DNA of 64,000 bases from Gemmatimonadota bacterium (GCA_031372565.1 JANMLN010000054.1:32001-96000); one strand, 5' to 3'; counted from the stretch's first letter, positions 20,822 through 31,285 are shown. Numbers and translations: made by a program. The notes: generated by a model not told the origin, from the letters alone.

Positions 20822-22599
20822 CCGGTCACCATCCCCGCGTACGGCAGCTTGAGGTCGAAGGTGCGCATGTCCCACGCCGCCGTGGGGCACCGCTCGGCGC
20901 AGAGGCCGCAGTGGAGGCAGACGTCCTCGTCCTTGACCATCACGCGCTTCGTCTGCGGGAGCGCGTCGGAGACGTAGATCTCCTGCGCGGGGTTGAGCGC
21001 CGGTTCCGTGAGCCGCCCGCGCAGTTCGTCGATCGGGCCGCCGTTGGTGGTGATCGTGAGGCAGCGCGTCGGGCAGACGTCCACGCACGCGTCACACTCG
21101 ATGCAGAGCGGTGCGCTGAAGTGCGTCTGGATGTCGCAGTTGAGGCAGCGCTGCACTTCGTGCGCGACCTGCTCCGGGGTGAAGCCGAGTTCCACCTCGA
21201 CGCCGATGTCGCTGAAGCGCTTGGTCAGCTCCTCGTGTCGCATCTTGGCGCGCTTCGACGTGTCGTAGTCGTTGTCGTACTCCCACGCCTGCATGCCGAC
21301 CTTCGCGCTCGCGAGCGTCATCCCCACGGGCGGCCGGACGCGCACGTCGCGCCCCTCGCAGTGCGCGTGGATCGAGATCGCGGCCTGATGCCCGTGCGCC
21401 ACGGCCCAGATGATGTTCTCGGGGCCCCACGCGGCGTCGCCCCCGAAGAAGACACCGCTCAGGGTGCTCTCGTGCGTCGCCTTGTCGACCACCGGCATGT
21501 CCCACTCGCCGAACGCCATGCCGATGTCGCGCTCGATCCAGGGAAAGGCGTTGTCCTGCCCGATGGCCAGGATCACCGCGTCACAGGGGATGATCACGGT
21601 GCCCGTGACCGTGCTCGTCTGCTTTCCCTTCGCATCGACCGACCAGACGAGCTGCTCGAACTCCATGCCGGTGAGCGTGCCATTCTCCACCATGAAGCGC
21701 TTCGGTGCGTGGTTCTCGACGATCTCGACCAGCTCCTCCTCGGCGTCCTCGAGTTCCCACGGCGACGCCTTGAAGTTCTTGCGGCCGCGGCGCGCGATGA
21801 CCTTCACGTCGGTCGCGCCCACGCGCTTGACGGTGCGGCAGCAGTCCATGGCCGTGTTGCCGACGCCGATGATCAGCACGCGCGGCTCGATCTGCGTCAC
21901 GTGCGCGAAGTGCACGTTGGCCAGCCAGTCGATGCCGATGTGCACCTGGCCAGGCGCGTCCCACCGGCCCGGAATGTCGAGCTCCTTGCCCTTGGGAGCG
22001 CCGGAGCCGATGAAGACCGCATCGTACTGCTCGTCCAGCAGCGCCTTGAGGCTGTCCACCGGAGTGCCGTACTTCATGGTGGCGCCCATGTTGATGATGT
22101 AGCCGCACTCGTCGTCGAGCACCGAGCCGGGGAGCCGGAAATGCGGAATGTTGATGCGCATCAGCCCGCCGGGCTCGCTCAGCTTCTCGTAGATCGTGAC
22201 GTCGTAGCCGAGCGGAAGGAGATCGTTGGCAACGGTGAGCGATGCGGGTCCCGCGCCGACGCAGGCGATGCGCTTGCCGTTCTTCTTGTCGGGCGCCTTG
22301 GGCAACCGATCCGTGATGTCACCGCGCAGATCGGATGCGACCCGCTTGAGGCGACAGATCGCGACGGGCTTCTCCTCGACGCGGCCGCGACGGCAGGCGG
22401 GTTCGCACGGGCGGTCGCAGGTGCGACCGAGGATGCCGGGAAAGACATTCGACTCGCGGTTGAGCATGTACGAGTCGTCGTACCGCCCCTGCGCGATGAG
22501 CCGCAGATAACCGGGCACGTTCGTGTGCGCCGGGCACGCCCACTGGCAATCGACAACCTTGTGGTAGTACCGGGGATCCGAGACGTTCGTCGAGCCCAT
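20818..22599 (-). CDS. GltD-like FAD/NAD(P) oxidoreductase with C-terminal ferredoxin (KorC-like)
   Basis: CQWACPAH, CDRPCEPAC, GAGPAS, GVGNTAMD, RCLNC, CIECDACVDVCP and CLHCGLCAERCP. Confidence 0.9.
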   Translation of the reverse strand: MGSTNVSDPRYYHKVVDCQWACPAHTNVPGYLRLIAQGRYDDSYMLNRESNVFPGILGRTCDRPCEPACRRGRVEEKPVAICRLKRVASDLRGDITDRLPKAPDKKNGKRIACVGAGPASLTVANDLLPLGYDVTIYEKLSEPGGLMRINIPHFRLPGSVLDDECGYIINMGATMKYGTPVDSLKALLDEQYDAVFIGSGAPKGKELDIPGRWDAPGQVHIGIDWLANVHFAHVTQIEPRVLIIGVGNTAMDCCRTVKRVGATDVKVIARRGRKNFKASPWELEDAEEELVEIVENHAPKRFMVENGTLTGMEFEQLVWSVDAKGKQTSTVTGTVIIPCDAVILAIGQDNAFPWIERDIGMAFGEWDMPVVDKATHESTLSGVFFGGDAAWGPENIIWAVAHGHQAAISIHAHCEGRDVRVRPPVGMTLASAKVGMQAWEYDNDYDTSKRAKMRHEELTKRFSDIGVEVELGFTPEQVAHEVQRCLNCDIQTHFSAPLCIECDACVDVCPTRCLTITTNGGPIDELRGRLTEPALNPAQEIYVSDALPQTKRVMVKDEDVCLHCGLCAERCPTAAWDMRTFDLKLPYAGMVTG

Positions 22600-22798
22600 G
22601 GCGCGTCGCTCCCACCAGCAGGATGCAGCAACAGTCGCACTCATGAAGGGGCAGGGGAAGGCGGGAAACGAGCGGTTCCTGTAAGGCGTATCCCGACGCG
22701 TCGCTTCAGCCGAGCGGGTCAGGCCTTGGGTAACGGCCGACACACGGCAGTGCCCGCTGTGGTGGTGTCAGGGGTTCCCCCGTCCTAGCTTGCCGTCA

Positions 22799-24118
22799 AT
22801 GATCGAGGAGCCCCGCGTGATCCGCCGGCGCGCCGTCGCCAGCTGGATCGTGTACGACGTTGCGAACGTGATTTTCAGCATGGGCGTGGTCTCGCTCAAG
22901 TTCCCGCTGTTCGTCCGGGAGAGCGTGGGCGCGGCACGTGCCGACTCCGTGTACGGCGCGATCACGTCGGTGGCGATGGGGATCATGTTCCTGCTCTCGC
23001 CGCTGCTCGGCGCCATGACCGATCGTGCCCGGCGACGCATGCCGTTCCTCATCTGGGCCACGTTGCTTGCGTGCGCCGGCACGGCGCTGATTGCGCGCGG
23101 GCCGTTCACGATGTCGGTGATCCTCTTCGTGATCGCGAATGGCGGGTACCAGGCCGGCGTGCAGTTCTACGACTCGATGCTCCCGGACGTGAGTACCGAA
23201 GCCAATCGCGGGCGCATCAACGGGCTGGCCATCGGGCTGGGCTACCTCGGTTCGTACGTGGCCATCGGCATGGGCGTCTGGCTCGGGCGCGGCGACGGCC
23301 CGTATCCGTTCACGACTTACTTCACGCTCGTGTCGGTGCTGTTCCTCGTCATCGCGATCCCGTGCTTCGTTTTCGTCGAGGAGAAGGGGAACCCGCACCC
23401 GCGACCGTTCTTCACCCTCACGGCCATCAAGGAGTCGGTGGCGCAAACCATCGACACGCTGCGCTCGGGGAACCGCTATCCGGGGCTGCTGCGCTTCCTG
23501 CTCGGACGCGCCTTCTATACCGATGCGATCAACACGGTGGTCTCGTTCATGTCGCTCTACACGGTGAACGTGGCGGTCTCGACCGGTCTCACGGCCGAGG
23601 ACGGCCAGGCCCGGGCGAACATCGTGCTCGCGGCCGCGGTCACGGCTGCCATCGGCGGCGGCATCATCTGGGGGATCATCGTCGACAAGATCGGTCCCAA
23701 GCGCACGCTCACGGCCGTGCTCTGCCTGTGGCTGGCGACGTTCACGCTCGCGGCCGGCGTGGGCATGCTCGGGCTGCCCATCGCGTGGCTGTACGTGGTC
23801 GCGTGCGCAGCGGGCATTGCACTCGGCGGTACGTGGGCCGCGGACCGGCCGTACATGCTCCGCCTCACGCCGCCGGACCGCGTGGGCGAGTTCTACGGGC
23901 TGTACGGCATGGTCGGGCGCTTCTCGGCGGTCACCGGCCCGGCGCTCTGGGGCGGCACCACGTACCTGGCCGTGCAACGCCTGGGCTTCAGCGAGGTGAA
24001 GGGCGAAGCGTTCGCGGTGATGACACTCTTCGCGATGGTGGTGATCGCGCTGGTGATCCTGCGGCGCGTGGACGACAAGCCGCGAGACTGGGCGGCGCTG
24101 CAGAAGCTCGCGCCGTGA
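22799..24118 (+). CDS. MFS transporter (UMF1/Atg22-like)
   Basis: About 12 TM segments; SW..YD.AN, P.LGA..D, YD.MLP, GEFYGLY. Confidence 0.88.
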   Translation: MIEEPRVIRRRAVASWIVYDVANVIFSMGVVSLKFPLFVRESVGAARADSVYGAITSVAMGIMFLLSPLLGAMTDRARRRMPFLIWATLLACAGTALIARGPFTMSVILFVIANGGYQAGVQFYDSMLPDVSTEANRGRINGLAIGLGYLGSYVAIGMGVWLGRGDGPYPFTTYFTLVSVLFLVIAIPCFVFVEEKGNPHPRPFFTLTAIKESVAQTIDTLRSGNRYPGLLRFLLGRAFYTDAINTVVSFMSLYTVNVAVSTGLTAEDGQARANIVLAAAVTAAIGGGIIWGIIVDKIGPKRTLTAVLCLWLATFTLAAGVGMLGLPIAWLYVVACAAGIALGGTWAADRPYMLRLTPPDRVGEFYGLYGMVGRFSAVTGPALWGGTTYLAVQRLGFSEVKGEAFAVMTLFAMVVIALVILRRVDDKPRDWAALQKLAP

Positions 24119-24148
24119 ACCCGGCGTGAGCGCGGCGTGTCGCGCGTT

Positions 24149-25363
24149 TCAGCCGTGGAACGGATTGTCGTAACGCCGGGGCTCTCCGCGTTCGCGGATG
24201 CCGTCCTGCTGCGCCTGCATGAGCGCCCGACGAATGCGCAGGGCCAGTTCGCGGGTGAGCGCGTCCTGGTCATCGCGCGCGGTCACGGGCACGGGCTCCT
24301 CCACGCGCAGGAAGAACGCGCGCGGTGCGGCCGCGTACGGCACGAAGCGGGTTACGTCGTCGCGGAGCGTGCCGCGCAGCCAGTCGAGGCGCAGCCGCTT
24401 GATCCGTTCGCCGATCTGCTCCTGCGTGAGCGTTGGCTGATGCACACCGGCCGGCACGAGGCGCAGCATCCGGTCGATGATCGAGACCTGTCGCTTGAAG
24501 TCGGGATTGGCGTCGCGCAGGCGGCGTGATTGCGAGCGCCACGCGCGCGCCTGATCGGCCGCACTCGTCGGCATGGTGGCCGGCACGTACTCTGGCCAGG
24601 TCCGCGTGAGCTGCTCGAGTGCCTGCACCAGGCCGCGCTCGAAGCGCGCCGCGAAACCGTCGCGTGCGGGTCCGAGGTCGATGGCGTACGGCGCGGCTTC
24701 ACGCTCGAGCAGGAATGCGAACAGCGCCCGCAGGCGCTCGGCGGCGTTGCCGGTCGTTCCCGGTGCACGCAGTCGCATGGTCACGTAATCAAGCTCGTGC
24801 TGCAATCCGGGCTCGGCGTTCTCCTGATAGCGGATGAACCAAGCGAGCGGCACGAGCTGCGCGGGCCGCCTGGCGATGTCCGAGGCACGCGACGCGATGC
24901 GCACCGCTCCCGTGCGCAGCGCTCCCGGCGCTTCGTTGTCCCAATTGACTTCGCCCTCGGGGTGGATGAGCACTCCCGTGCCGCGCGCGACCTGACGCGC
25001 AGAGTAGTCGAGCGCGGCATCGAGGTGCTCGCCGCGCACCGCAGCCACGAGTCCGTTCGACAACCAGAACCACTGCCCGAAGCCGTTGACGATTTCCGGA
25101 TCTGCCCACGCGATGGAGGTGGGCGCATAGCGGTGCATCACCCACTTGTCGATCATCCAGTCGGTGAAGAACTCCGGGTGGTTCGGACAGAGCACGAAGG
25201 GGGCGCGGACGGCGACGCGCAGGCGCGCGTCATCGTCGGCCGGGATATGCAACGCCGCCACGCGCGAGACGAGCGGGAGGACCACGCCGTTGTTGAGCCA
25301 GCCGAGCGCGCGCATGAGCGTCGCGTTGGGATGCGGCTCCCGGAACCCCTGAAGCGAGGTCAT
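24149..25363 (-). CDS. PlsC-like phospholipid/glycerol acyltransferase
   Basis: CPNHPEFFTD block I and LIHPEGEV block III. ATGA overlap with ppc. Confidence 0.75.
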   Translation of the reverse strand: MTSLQGFREPHPNATLMRALGWLNNGVVLPLVSRVAALHIPADDDARLRVAVRAPFVLCPNHPEFFTDWMIDKWVMHRYAPTSIAWADPEIVNGFGQWFWLSNGLVAAVRGEHLDAALDYSARQVARGTGVLIHPEGEVNWDNEAPGALRTGAVRIASRASDIARRPAQLVPLAWFIRYQENAEPGLQHELDYVTMRLRAPGTTGNAAERLRALFAFLLEREAAPYAIDLGPARDGFAARFERGLVQALEQLTRTWPEYVPATMPTSAADQARAWRSQSRRLRDANPDFKRQVSIIDRMLRLVPAGVHQPTLTQEQIGERIKRLRLDWLRGTLRDDVTRFVPYAAAPRAFFLRVEEPVPVTARDDQDALTRELALRIRRALMQAQQDGIRERGEPRRYDNPFHG

Positions 25364-28017
25364 CCCGTGTTGCGCATCCCGGCCGCGACGCCGTTCACCG
25401 TCACGAGGAAGGCGTCGAGCAGCGCCGGGTCGTCATGGTCGGCGCGCAGCCGAGCGAGCAGCTCGACCTGCACCAGGTTGATGGGGTCCACGTAGGGGTT
25501 CCGGACGCCGATGGACCGCTTGAGCACGGGGTTGTCGGCAAGCAGCCGGTCGTGATCGGTCACCTCGAGCAGCGCTTCGGTGGTCTGCTCGAGGTCGCGC
25601 CGCAGCGTCGAGCCCAGCAGCAGCAACCGCGGCGGTACGAGACGCAGGTCGTAGTACGCCGCGATCTCCGGCGACGCCTTGGCCAGCACCATCTCCACGA
25701 GGTCGAGCGTCGAGCGGAAGAACGGCCACTCGGCGTACATCGTGCGCAGTGTGGCGAGGTGGCCGCGCGCAATGGCGTCGCGCAGGGCATCGCCCACGCC
25801 ATGCCAACTCGGGAGCATGAGGCGTGTCTGCGTCCACGCAAAGATCCACGGAATGGCGCGCAGGCTGGTGACACCACCGGCCGCCTTCCGTCGCGCCGGT
25901 CGGCTTCCGATGCGCAGGCGGCCCAGCTCCTGCTCCGGCGTGGCGAGACGGAAGTACTCGAGGAACTCGGGCGTCTCGTACACGAGTCGGCGGTACGCAG
26001 TGCGCGACGCATCGGCGAGTTCCTGCATGAGCGCGCGCCAAGCCGCTGGCACCGCGGCATGCGGCACGAGCGAGGCCTCGAGCGTTGCGGTCGTGTACAC
26101 CTCGAGCGTGCGGTCGGCGATCTCGGGCAGGCCGAACTGCGCGTCCACCATCTCGCCCTGCTCGGTCACGCGGATGGTGCCGTCCACCGAACCCGGTGGC
26201 TGCGACTGGATGGCCAGGTGCGTCGGGCCACCGCCGCGACCCACGGATCCCCCGCGTCCGTGGAAGAGCGTGAGCTGGACGCCACGCGAGGCGCACGCGG
26301 CCACCACGCGCTCCTGCGCGGTGTAGAGCTCCCACGCCGCAGCCAGTCGTCCCGCGTCCTTCGCGGAATCCGAATAGCCGATCATGATCTCGACGCGGTC
26401 GCCGATCCGGGTGCGATAGGCCGGGATGTCGAGCAACGCGCCGATGGTATCCGCCGCGCCACGCAGGAAGTCCACCGTCTCGAAGAGCGGTACGACACGC
26501 AGGGGAGGGGTGACGCCCGCTGCCACCTGCAGCGCATGCACGGCGAGCACGTCGGACGGCTGGCTCGCCATCGAGATCACGTAGGCGCCGAGCATGTCGC
26601 GCGGGAGCTCGGCTGCCACGCGGAAGGTGCCGAGCGCGTCGGAGATGTCGGCCGGAAAGGGCGGAGGCGCAGCCATCGCCTCGCGCAGTGCGCGCGCGCC
26701 CGTCGCGATCTCGTCGAGCAGGAAGGCTTGGCGTTCGGCCTCGCTCCACGCCGCATACGAACCGCGCCCCATGCGCGTCGTGAGTGCATCGAGCGCATCG
26801 GTGTGCTTCTGCGCCTCCTGGCGGAGGTCGAGGCGCACCAGCGAGAGCCCGAAGGTCGGGATGCGACGGAGCACGTCGGTGAGTCGGCCTTCTGCGACGG
26901 CGCGACCACCGGTGGCCATCAACGAGCGATGACAGAGCCGCAGCGGCTCGGCGATCGTCTCGACGTCGGTGATCATCGGCCTGTCGTCGGCGCTCGCCGA
27001 TGCACCGTCGATCATGCGCGCGATCCGGTCGCGCGTGGCCTGCAACCCCTCGACGATCGGCTTGAGCAGCGCACGATAGGGTTCCGCGGCGTTGCCGACA
27101 CGCGCCGTGAGTTCGGGGGTGCCCCTCCGCATCGAGAGTTCGCCCCGGAGCGCTTCGAGGTCGCGGGCATGGAGGTCCGCCGCCATCCAGCGTGCGAGCA
27201 GCGTCGCGCGCACGGTGACGTCGGGCGTGACGTTGGGATTGCCGTCCCGATCACCGCCGATCCATGAACCGAAGCGGAGGGGCGCCGCGTCGAGAGGCAG
27301 TCCGGCACCCGTGGCAGCCACGAGCGCCTGGTCGAGCGCGCGCAGGTAGCGGGGCACCGCGTCCCAGAGTGTCTGCTCGAACGCGACCAGCCCCCACTTC
27401 ACCTCGTCCACCGGCGTCGGCGGATCGCGGCGCACTTCATCGGTCATCCAGGTGGCCGTGATCTCGTTGGCGAGCGCGCGGAGCCGCGCCTCGCGTTCGG
27501 GACCGGTGAGGCTCGTGTGATCGCCCAGCGCCAGCAGTTCGGCGATGCGCCGCTGCTTCTGGCGCAGCGTGCGGCGCACGACTTCGGTGGGATGCGCGGT
27601 GAGCACGAGTTCGACGCGAAGCGCGCCTGCGGCGTCGTGCAGTGCACGCGGTGCTATCCCGCCCGCCAACAGCCGCGTGAACGAGTCGGCGAAGGAGCCT
27701 CGCTGCGGTGGCTTGGACGGGTCGCGCTGGTAGTCGCGCCGCCGCCGGATGCGATGGTGCTGCTCGGCGATGTTGGCGAGTCCGAGGAAGTGCGCGAAGG
27801 CGCGCGCAACGTCGAGCGCGTCGGGGACGGAGAGTGCGCGCAGCACGCGCTCGAGTTCGGCCACGTCGGCGGCACCGCGGCGCGCATCCTTGGCGAGGGC
27901 GCGCACGCGCTCGACCGTGTCGTAGAGTGCCGCGCCGCCCTGTGCCTTCAGCGTGTCGCCGAGGAGGGCACCGAGCAGGCGGACATCGTCGTGGAGGGGC
28001 TGATGCGGGTCGGTCAT
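25360..28017 (-). CDS. ppc: Phosphoenolpyruvate carboxylase
   Basis: VLTAHPTE, SWIGGDRDGNP, MIGYSDSAKD, FHGRGGSVGRGG, LRAIPW, C-terminal MRNTG. Confidence 0.97.
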   Translation of the reverse strand: MTDPHQPLHDDVRLLGALLGDTLKAQGGAALYDTVERVRALAKDARRGAADVAELERVLRALSVPDALDVARAFAHFLGLANIAEQHHRIRRRRDYQRDPSKPPQRGSFADSFTRLLAGGIAPRALHDAAGALRVELVLTAHPTEVVRRTLRQKQRRIAELLALGDHTSLTGPEREARLRALANEITATWMTDEVRRDPPTPVDEVKWGLVAFEQTLWDAVPRYLRALDQALVAATGAGLPLDAAPLRFGSWIGGDRDGNPNVTPDVTVRATLLARWMAADLHARDLEALRGELSMRRGTPELTARVGNAAEPYRALLKPIVEGLQATRDRIARMIDGASASADDRPMITDVETIAEPLRLCHRSLMATGGRAVAEGRLTDVLRRIPTFGLSLVRLDLRQEAQKHTDALDALTTRMGRGSYAAWSEAERQAFLLDEIATGARALREAMAAPPPFPADISDALGTFRVAAELPRDMLGAYVISMASQPSDVLAVHALQVAAGVTPPLRVVPLFETVDFLRGAADTIGALLDIPAYRTRIGDRVEIMIGYSDSAKDAGRLAAAWELYTAQERVVAACASRGVQLTLFHGRGGSVGRGGGPTHLAIQSQPPGSVDGTIRVTEQGEMVDAQFGLPEIADRTLEVYTTATLEASLVPHAAVPAAWRALMQELADASRTAYRRLVYETPEFLEYFRLATPEQELGRLRIGSRPARRKAAGGVTSLRAIPWIFAWTQTRLMLPSWHGVGDALRDAIARGHLATLRTMYAEWPFFRSTLDLVEMVLAKASPEIAAYYDLRLVPPRLLLLGSTLRRDLEQTTEALLEVTDHDRLLADNPVLKRSIGVRNPYVDPINLVQVELLARLRADHDDPALLDAFLVTVNGVAAGMRNTG

Positions 28018-28113
28018 GGGCTGTGGGTCGGAAGCTACGACCTCAGACGCTCCGCGGGGCGCGGACCAGGCTTATGAAGCTGAACCTGTTCGATCTCGAC
28101 TCCGCATCGGGCC

Positions 28114-28674
28114 TCAGTCCACCCAGCGCGTGAGCGCGCTGCCCGCCGTACGCGGCTTCGCTGCCGGTACCTCGGCCGGCTCTCCCACGGTCAACACCGC
28201 CACGATCCGCTCGCCCTCGGCCACGCCCGCCGCGGCGCGCGCTGCCGGATCATCCATGATGGCGCCGGTGCGGATGTGCGTACCGAGCCCTTGGGCCACG
28301 GCCGAGAGGCAGAGGTTCTGCACGGCCATGTAGGTGGCCGCGTAGTCCTCCTCGCGGATCTCCGGGTTCTCGTTGAGCACCATCGACACGATCAGCATGC
28401 ACGGTTGCGCCCGATGATCGCGGCTGGTGGTCTGCCGGATCGAGTCGGCCTGGGCTTCGTCGGTCGCCTTCTTCGCCTTGCGGTTGCCCAGTGCGAGTCC
28501 GTACGCCGCGCGCGCCTCGGGGCCGAGCACTGCAAAGCGCCACGGCTGCGTGATCCGATGGTTCGGCGCGAGCGTCGCGGCCTGAATCATCTGCTCCAGC
28601 GCGTCGCGCGAGGGGGCGCGATCGGTGAACTTGCGAATGGAGCGGCGGTTGGAAATCGCGTCGGAAAGGTTCAT
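28114..28674 (-). CDS. Nitroreductase family protein (YdjA-like)
   Basis: I..RRSIRKF, APNH..QPWRF, QNL.L.A...GLGT..RTG. Confidence 0.9.
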   Translation of the reverse strand: MNLSDAISNRRSIRKFTDRAPSRDALEQMIQAATLAPNHRITQPWRFAVLGPEARAAYGLALGNRKAKKATDEAQADSIRQTTSRDHRAQPCMLIVSMVLNENPEIREEDYAATYMAVQNLCLSAVAQGLGTHIRTGAIMDDPAARAAAGVAEGERIVAVLTVGEPAEVPAAKPRTAGSALTRWVD

Positions 28675-28901
28675 CTCGGGAGGGGCGGGACAGGTGAGGT
28701 TCGCCTGCTGCGGTAGGCCGCACGCAGACGCCTCGGAACGATAGTCGCGCGTACTCGGCCGCGCGCTTCTGACGCGTGCGAGCGCTGCGAACTGTGGTGC
28801 GAAGGCCCGTCCTGTCAGGAGTAAACATTCGTAATCAATCTGCCGCCCCGCATCGCTTGTAAGTCTCTGCTAATCATCATGTTACGCAGAAACACAAAGG
28901 T

Positions 28902-28986
28902 CAATATTCCTGCTCGCTTGGTCTCACCGTTGAGCAGTCCACCGTGCACGAGCCGGCCACGCTGGAGTTGCTCGCTCCGGCACTGC
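28902..28986 (+). pseudogene. Possible degenerate PEP-CTERM tail
   Basis: Reads QYSCSLGLTVEQSTVHEPATLELLAPAL, similar to TVPEPATL.LL. No start and no basic tail. Confidence 0.3.
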
Positions 28987-29080
28987 CTGCGTCGGTGCGC
29001 TTGACGGCTCCTCGCCTCGCGCCCCACCTTGCGAGAGCTCGCGCCACGCCCGACGCGCGCACTCTCCCGCTCCCCGATCC

Positions 29081-30049
29081 ATGACGCGCCGAGGCGGCTC
29101 GTTCCTCCTCCTGCTGCTGTCGCTCGCGGGCGCGAGTGCACGCGCGCAGGACACCAGCGCAGGGCCGGCAAAGCGCGCGTCCGCGTCCGGCGAACTCCGG
29201 CTCACCTATCTCGGCAACGCGGGCTGGGAGATCACCGATGGCATCTCGGTGGTCCTTGTGGACCCGTTCCTCTCGCAGTTCGCGCGCTGGGGTCCCGGTA
29301 GCCCCGCCGCCGACACGCGACGCGACCGGGTGCTCACCCCCGACACCGCGCTGATCGATCGGCATGTCAAGCGCGCCGATTACATCCTCATCACGCACGG
29401 TCACAGCGACCACGCCCTCGACGCCGGGTATATCGCGCGTCGCACGGGCGCGACGATCATCGGCCACGAGACAGCGGCCAACCTCGCGCGCGCCGAACAG
29501 GTGCCGGAGCAGCACCTCATCACGGTCATCGGGGGCGAGGACTACGAGTTCGGCGCGTTCTCCCTCAAGGTCATTCCCAACATCCACAGCGCGCTCGACC
29601 AGAAGCACTACTACAACAACGGCCGCGGGATCACCGGGAACGCCCCGCGCGGACTGCGCGCACCGCTGCGATACGCGGACTTCGTCGAGGGCGGCAACAT
29701 CGCCTATCTCCTGCGCATGGCCGGGCACGAGGTGCTGATCATGGGCTCCATGAACTACATCGAACGCGAGATGGTCGGTCTGCGCCCCGACATCGCGCTG
29801 GTGGGCGCAAACGACCAACGGCGCGAGATCCACGACTACACGGGTCGGCTCATGCGAGCACTCGGCATGCCCGCGCTCGTCATCCCGACGCACGCCGACA
29901 GCTACGGCGATCCCAACCCGCCGGCTGCCGCAGTCGCGAGCCGCGCGCGCTTCGTCGCCGAGGTCAGAGCGGCTTCACCGCGCAGTCGCGTCCTGTTGCC
30001 GGTCTGGTTCGAGCCGATCGTGGTTCCGAAGCGTCGGGCCGGACGCTGA
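29081..30049 (+). CDS. Exported MBL-fold metallo-hydrolase (UlaG-like)
   Basis: Signal peptide; YLGNAGW, LVDPF, ITHGHSDH, VIPTHAD. Confidence 0.88.
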   Translation: MTRRGGSFLLLLLSLAGASARAQDTSAGPAKRASASGELRLTYLGNAGWEITDGISVVLVDPFLSQFARWGPGSPAADTRRDRVLTPDTALIDRHVKRADYILITHGHSDHALDAGYIARRTGATIIGHETAANLARAEQVPEQHLITVIGGEDYEFGAFSLKVIPNIHSALDQKHYYNNGRGITGNAPRGLRAPLRYADFVEGGNIAYLLRMAGHEVLIMGSMNYIEREMVGLRPDIALVGANDQRREIHDYTGRLMRALGMPALVIPTHADSYGDPNPPAAAVASRARFVAEVRAASPRSRVLLPVWFEPIVVPKRRAGR

Positions 30050-30080
30050 TCGTGGGCGGGCGCAGCCATCACGCGAGCCG

Positions 30081-31229
30081 ATGACGCTGTTCGTGCGCGG
30101 CCGCAGCCTCTCGGCCGGTGCCATGCTGCTGGTGACCGCGGCCGCCGAGTATCCGCGCTATGATCGCGTGCTGCTCCTCGAGTCGACGTCGGAGACCTCC
30201 GCCAATGCGAGCTTCGGCGACCTGAACGGCGATGGCAATCTCGACATCGTGCTGGCCAAGGGGCGGCACTGGCCACTCGTGGACCGCGTGCTGATCGGCG
30301 ACGGCAAGGGCGGCATTCGTGAGGCCTACGATCTGGGCGCAGCGTCCGACAAGTCGTACTCGGCGCGCCTCGTGGACCTCGACGGCGATGGCGATCTCGA
30401 CGTGGTGGTCAGCAACGATGCACCGAACCCGAAGCTGGTGTACCTCAACGACGGAACGGGACACTTCACCGTTGGATCGACGTATGGCCGTCCCGAATGG
30501 CCGATGCGGAACGCGACGGTTGCCGACATGAATGGCGACGGCAAGCCGGATATCATCGCGGCCAATCGCACAGGGCGGGCACCGGGGTGGAACTACATCT
30601 GCCTGAACCGCGGGAACGGGACGTTTGACGCCGACTGCATTGCCTTCTCCCCCGAGCCGTCCACGACGATCACGGCTGCCGATTTCAATGGCGACGGGAT
30701 GGTGGACCTGCTCGTGCCGCACCGCAACGGCGGGCAGGGCCGGATCTACTTCGGCGCCAGGAACGCCGATCTCGCACAGTTGCGCAGCATCCCGTTCGGT
30801 CCGGCGGACGGGCAGATCCGCATGGCGGAGGCGGGAGACTTCAACGGTGACGGCACGCTTGATGTCGTGACCATCGACGAGACGCGCGGCATTGCCCTTC
30901 ACCTGGGCATTGGCGACGGGACCTTTGCCGCGCCCGTCGCGATCGGCGACCGGACGCTCATCCCGTATGCGTTGACCGTTGCCGACGTGAACTGCGACGG
31001 GATGATGGATTTCGTCGTGGGACATGTCACCGCGCCGTCCACGGTGTACTTCAATGAAGGATCCGGACGGCGGTTCACCCCCGTGTCGTTCGGGGATTCG
31101 CGGGGCACCGCCTACGGGATCAGCGTCGGCGACTTCGACCGGGATGGACGTCACGACATCGTCGTGGCGCGATCGGATGCCCCCAACGCGCTCTACTTTT
31201 CGTCGGGTCCCGTCGGGCGTTGCAAGTGA
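30081..31229 (+). CDS. FG-GAP/VCBS repeat beta-propeller protein
   Basis: Seven D.NGDG..D-type repeats (GDLNGDGNLD, DLDGDGDLD, DMNGDGKPD, DFNGDGMVD and others). Confidence 0.9.
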   Translation: MTLFVRGRSLSAGAMLLVTAAAEYPRYDRVLLLESTSETSANASFGDLNGDGNLDIVLAKGRHWPLVDRVLIGDGKGGIREAYDLGAASDKSYSARLVDLDGDGDLDVVVSNDAPNPKLVYLNDGTGHFTVGSTYGRPEWPMRNATVADMNGDGKPDIIAANRTGRAPGWNYICLNRGNGTFDADCIAFSPEPSTTITAADFNGDGMVDLLVPHRNGGQGRIYFGARNADLAQLRSIPFGPADGQIRMAEAGDFNGDGTLDVVTIDETRGIALHLGIGDGTFAAPVAIGDRTLIPYALTVADVNCDGMMDFVVGHVTAPSTVYFNEGSGRRFTPVSFGDSRGTAYGISVGDFDRDGRHDIVVARSDAPNALYFSSGPVGRCK

Positions 31230-31285
31230 CCCCTAACGCTGCCCGCCTTCAACCCGCCCGCATCCACTTTCTGGAGTACGTCCCG

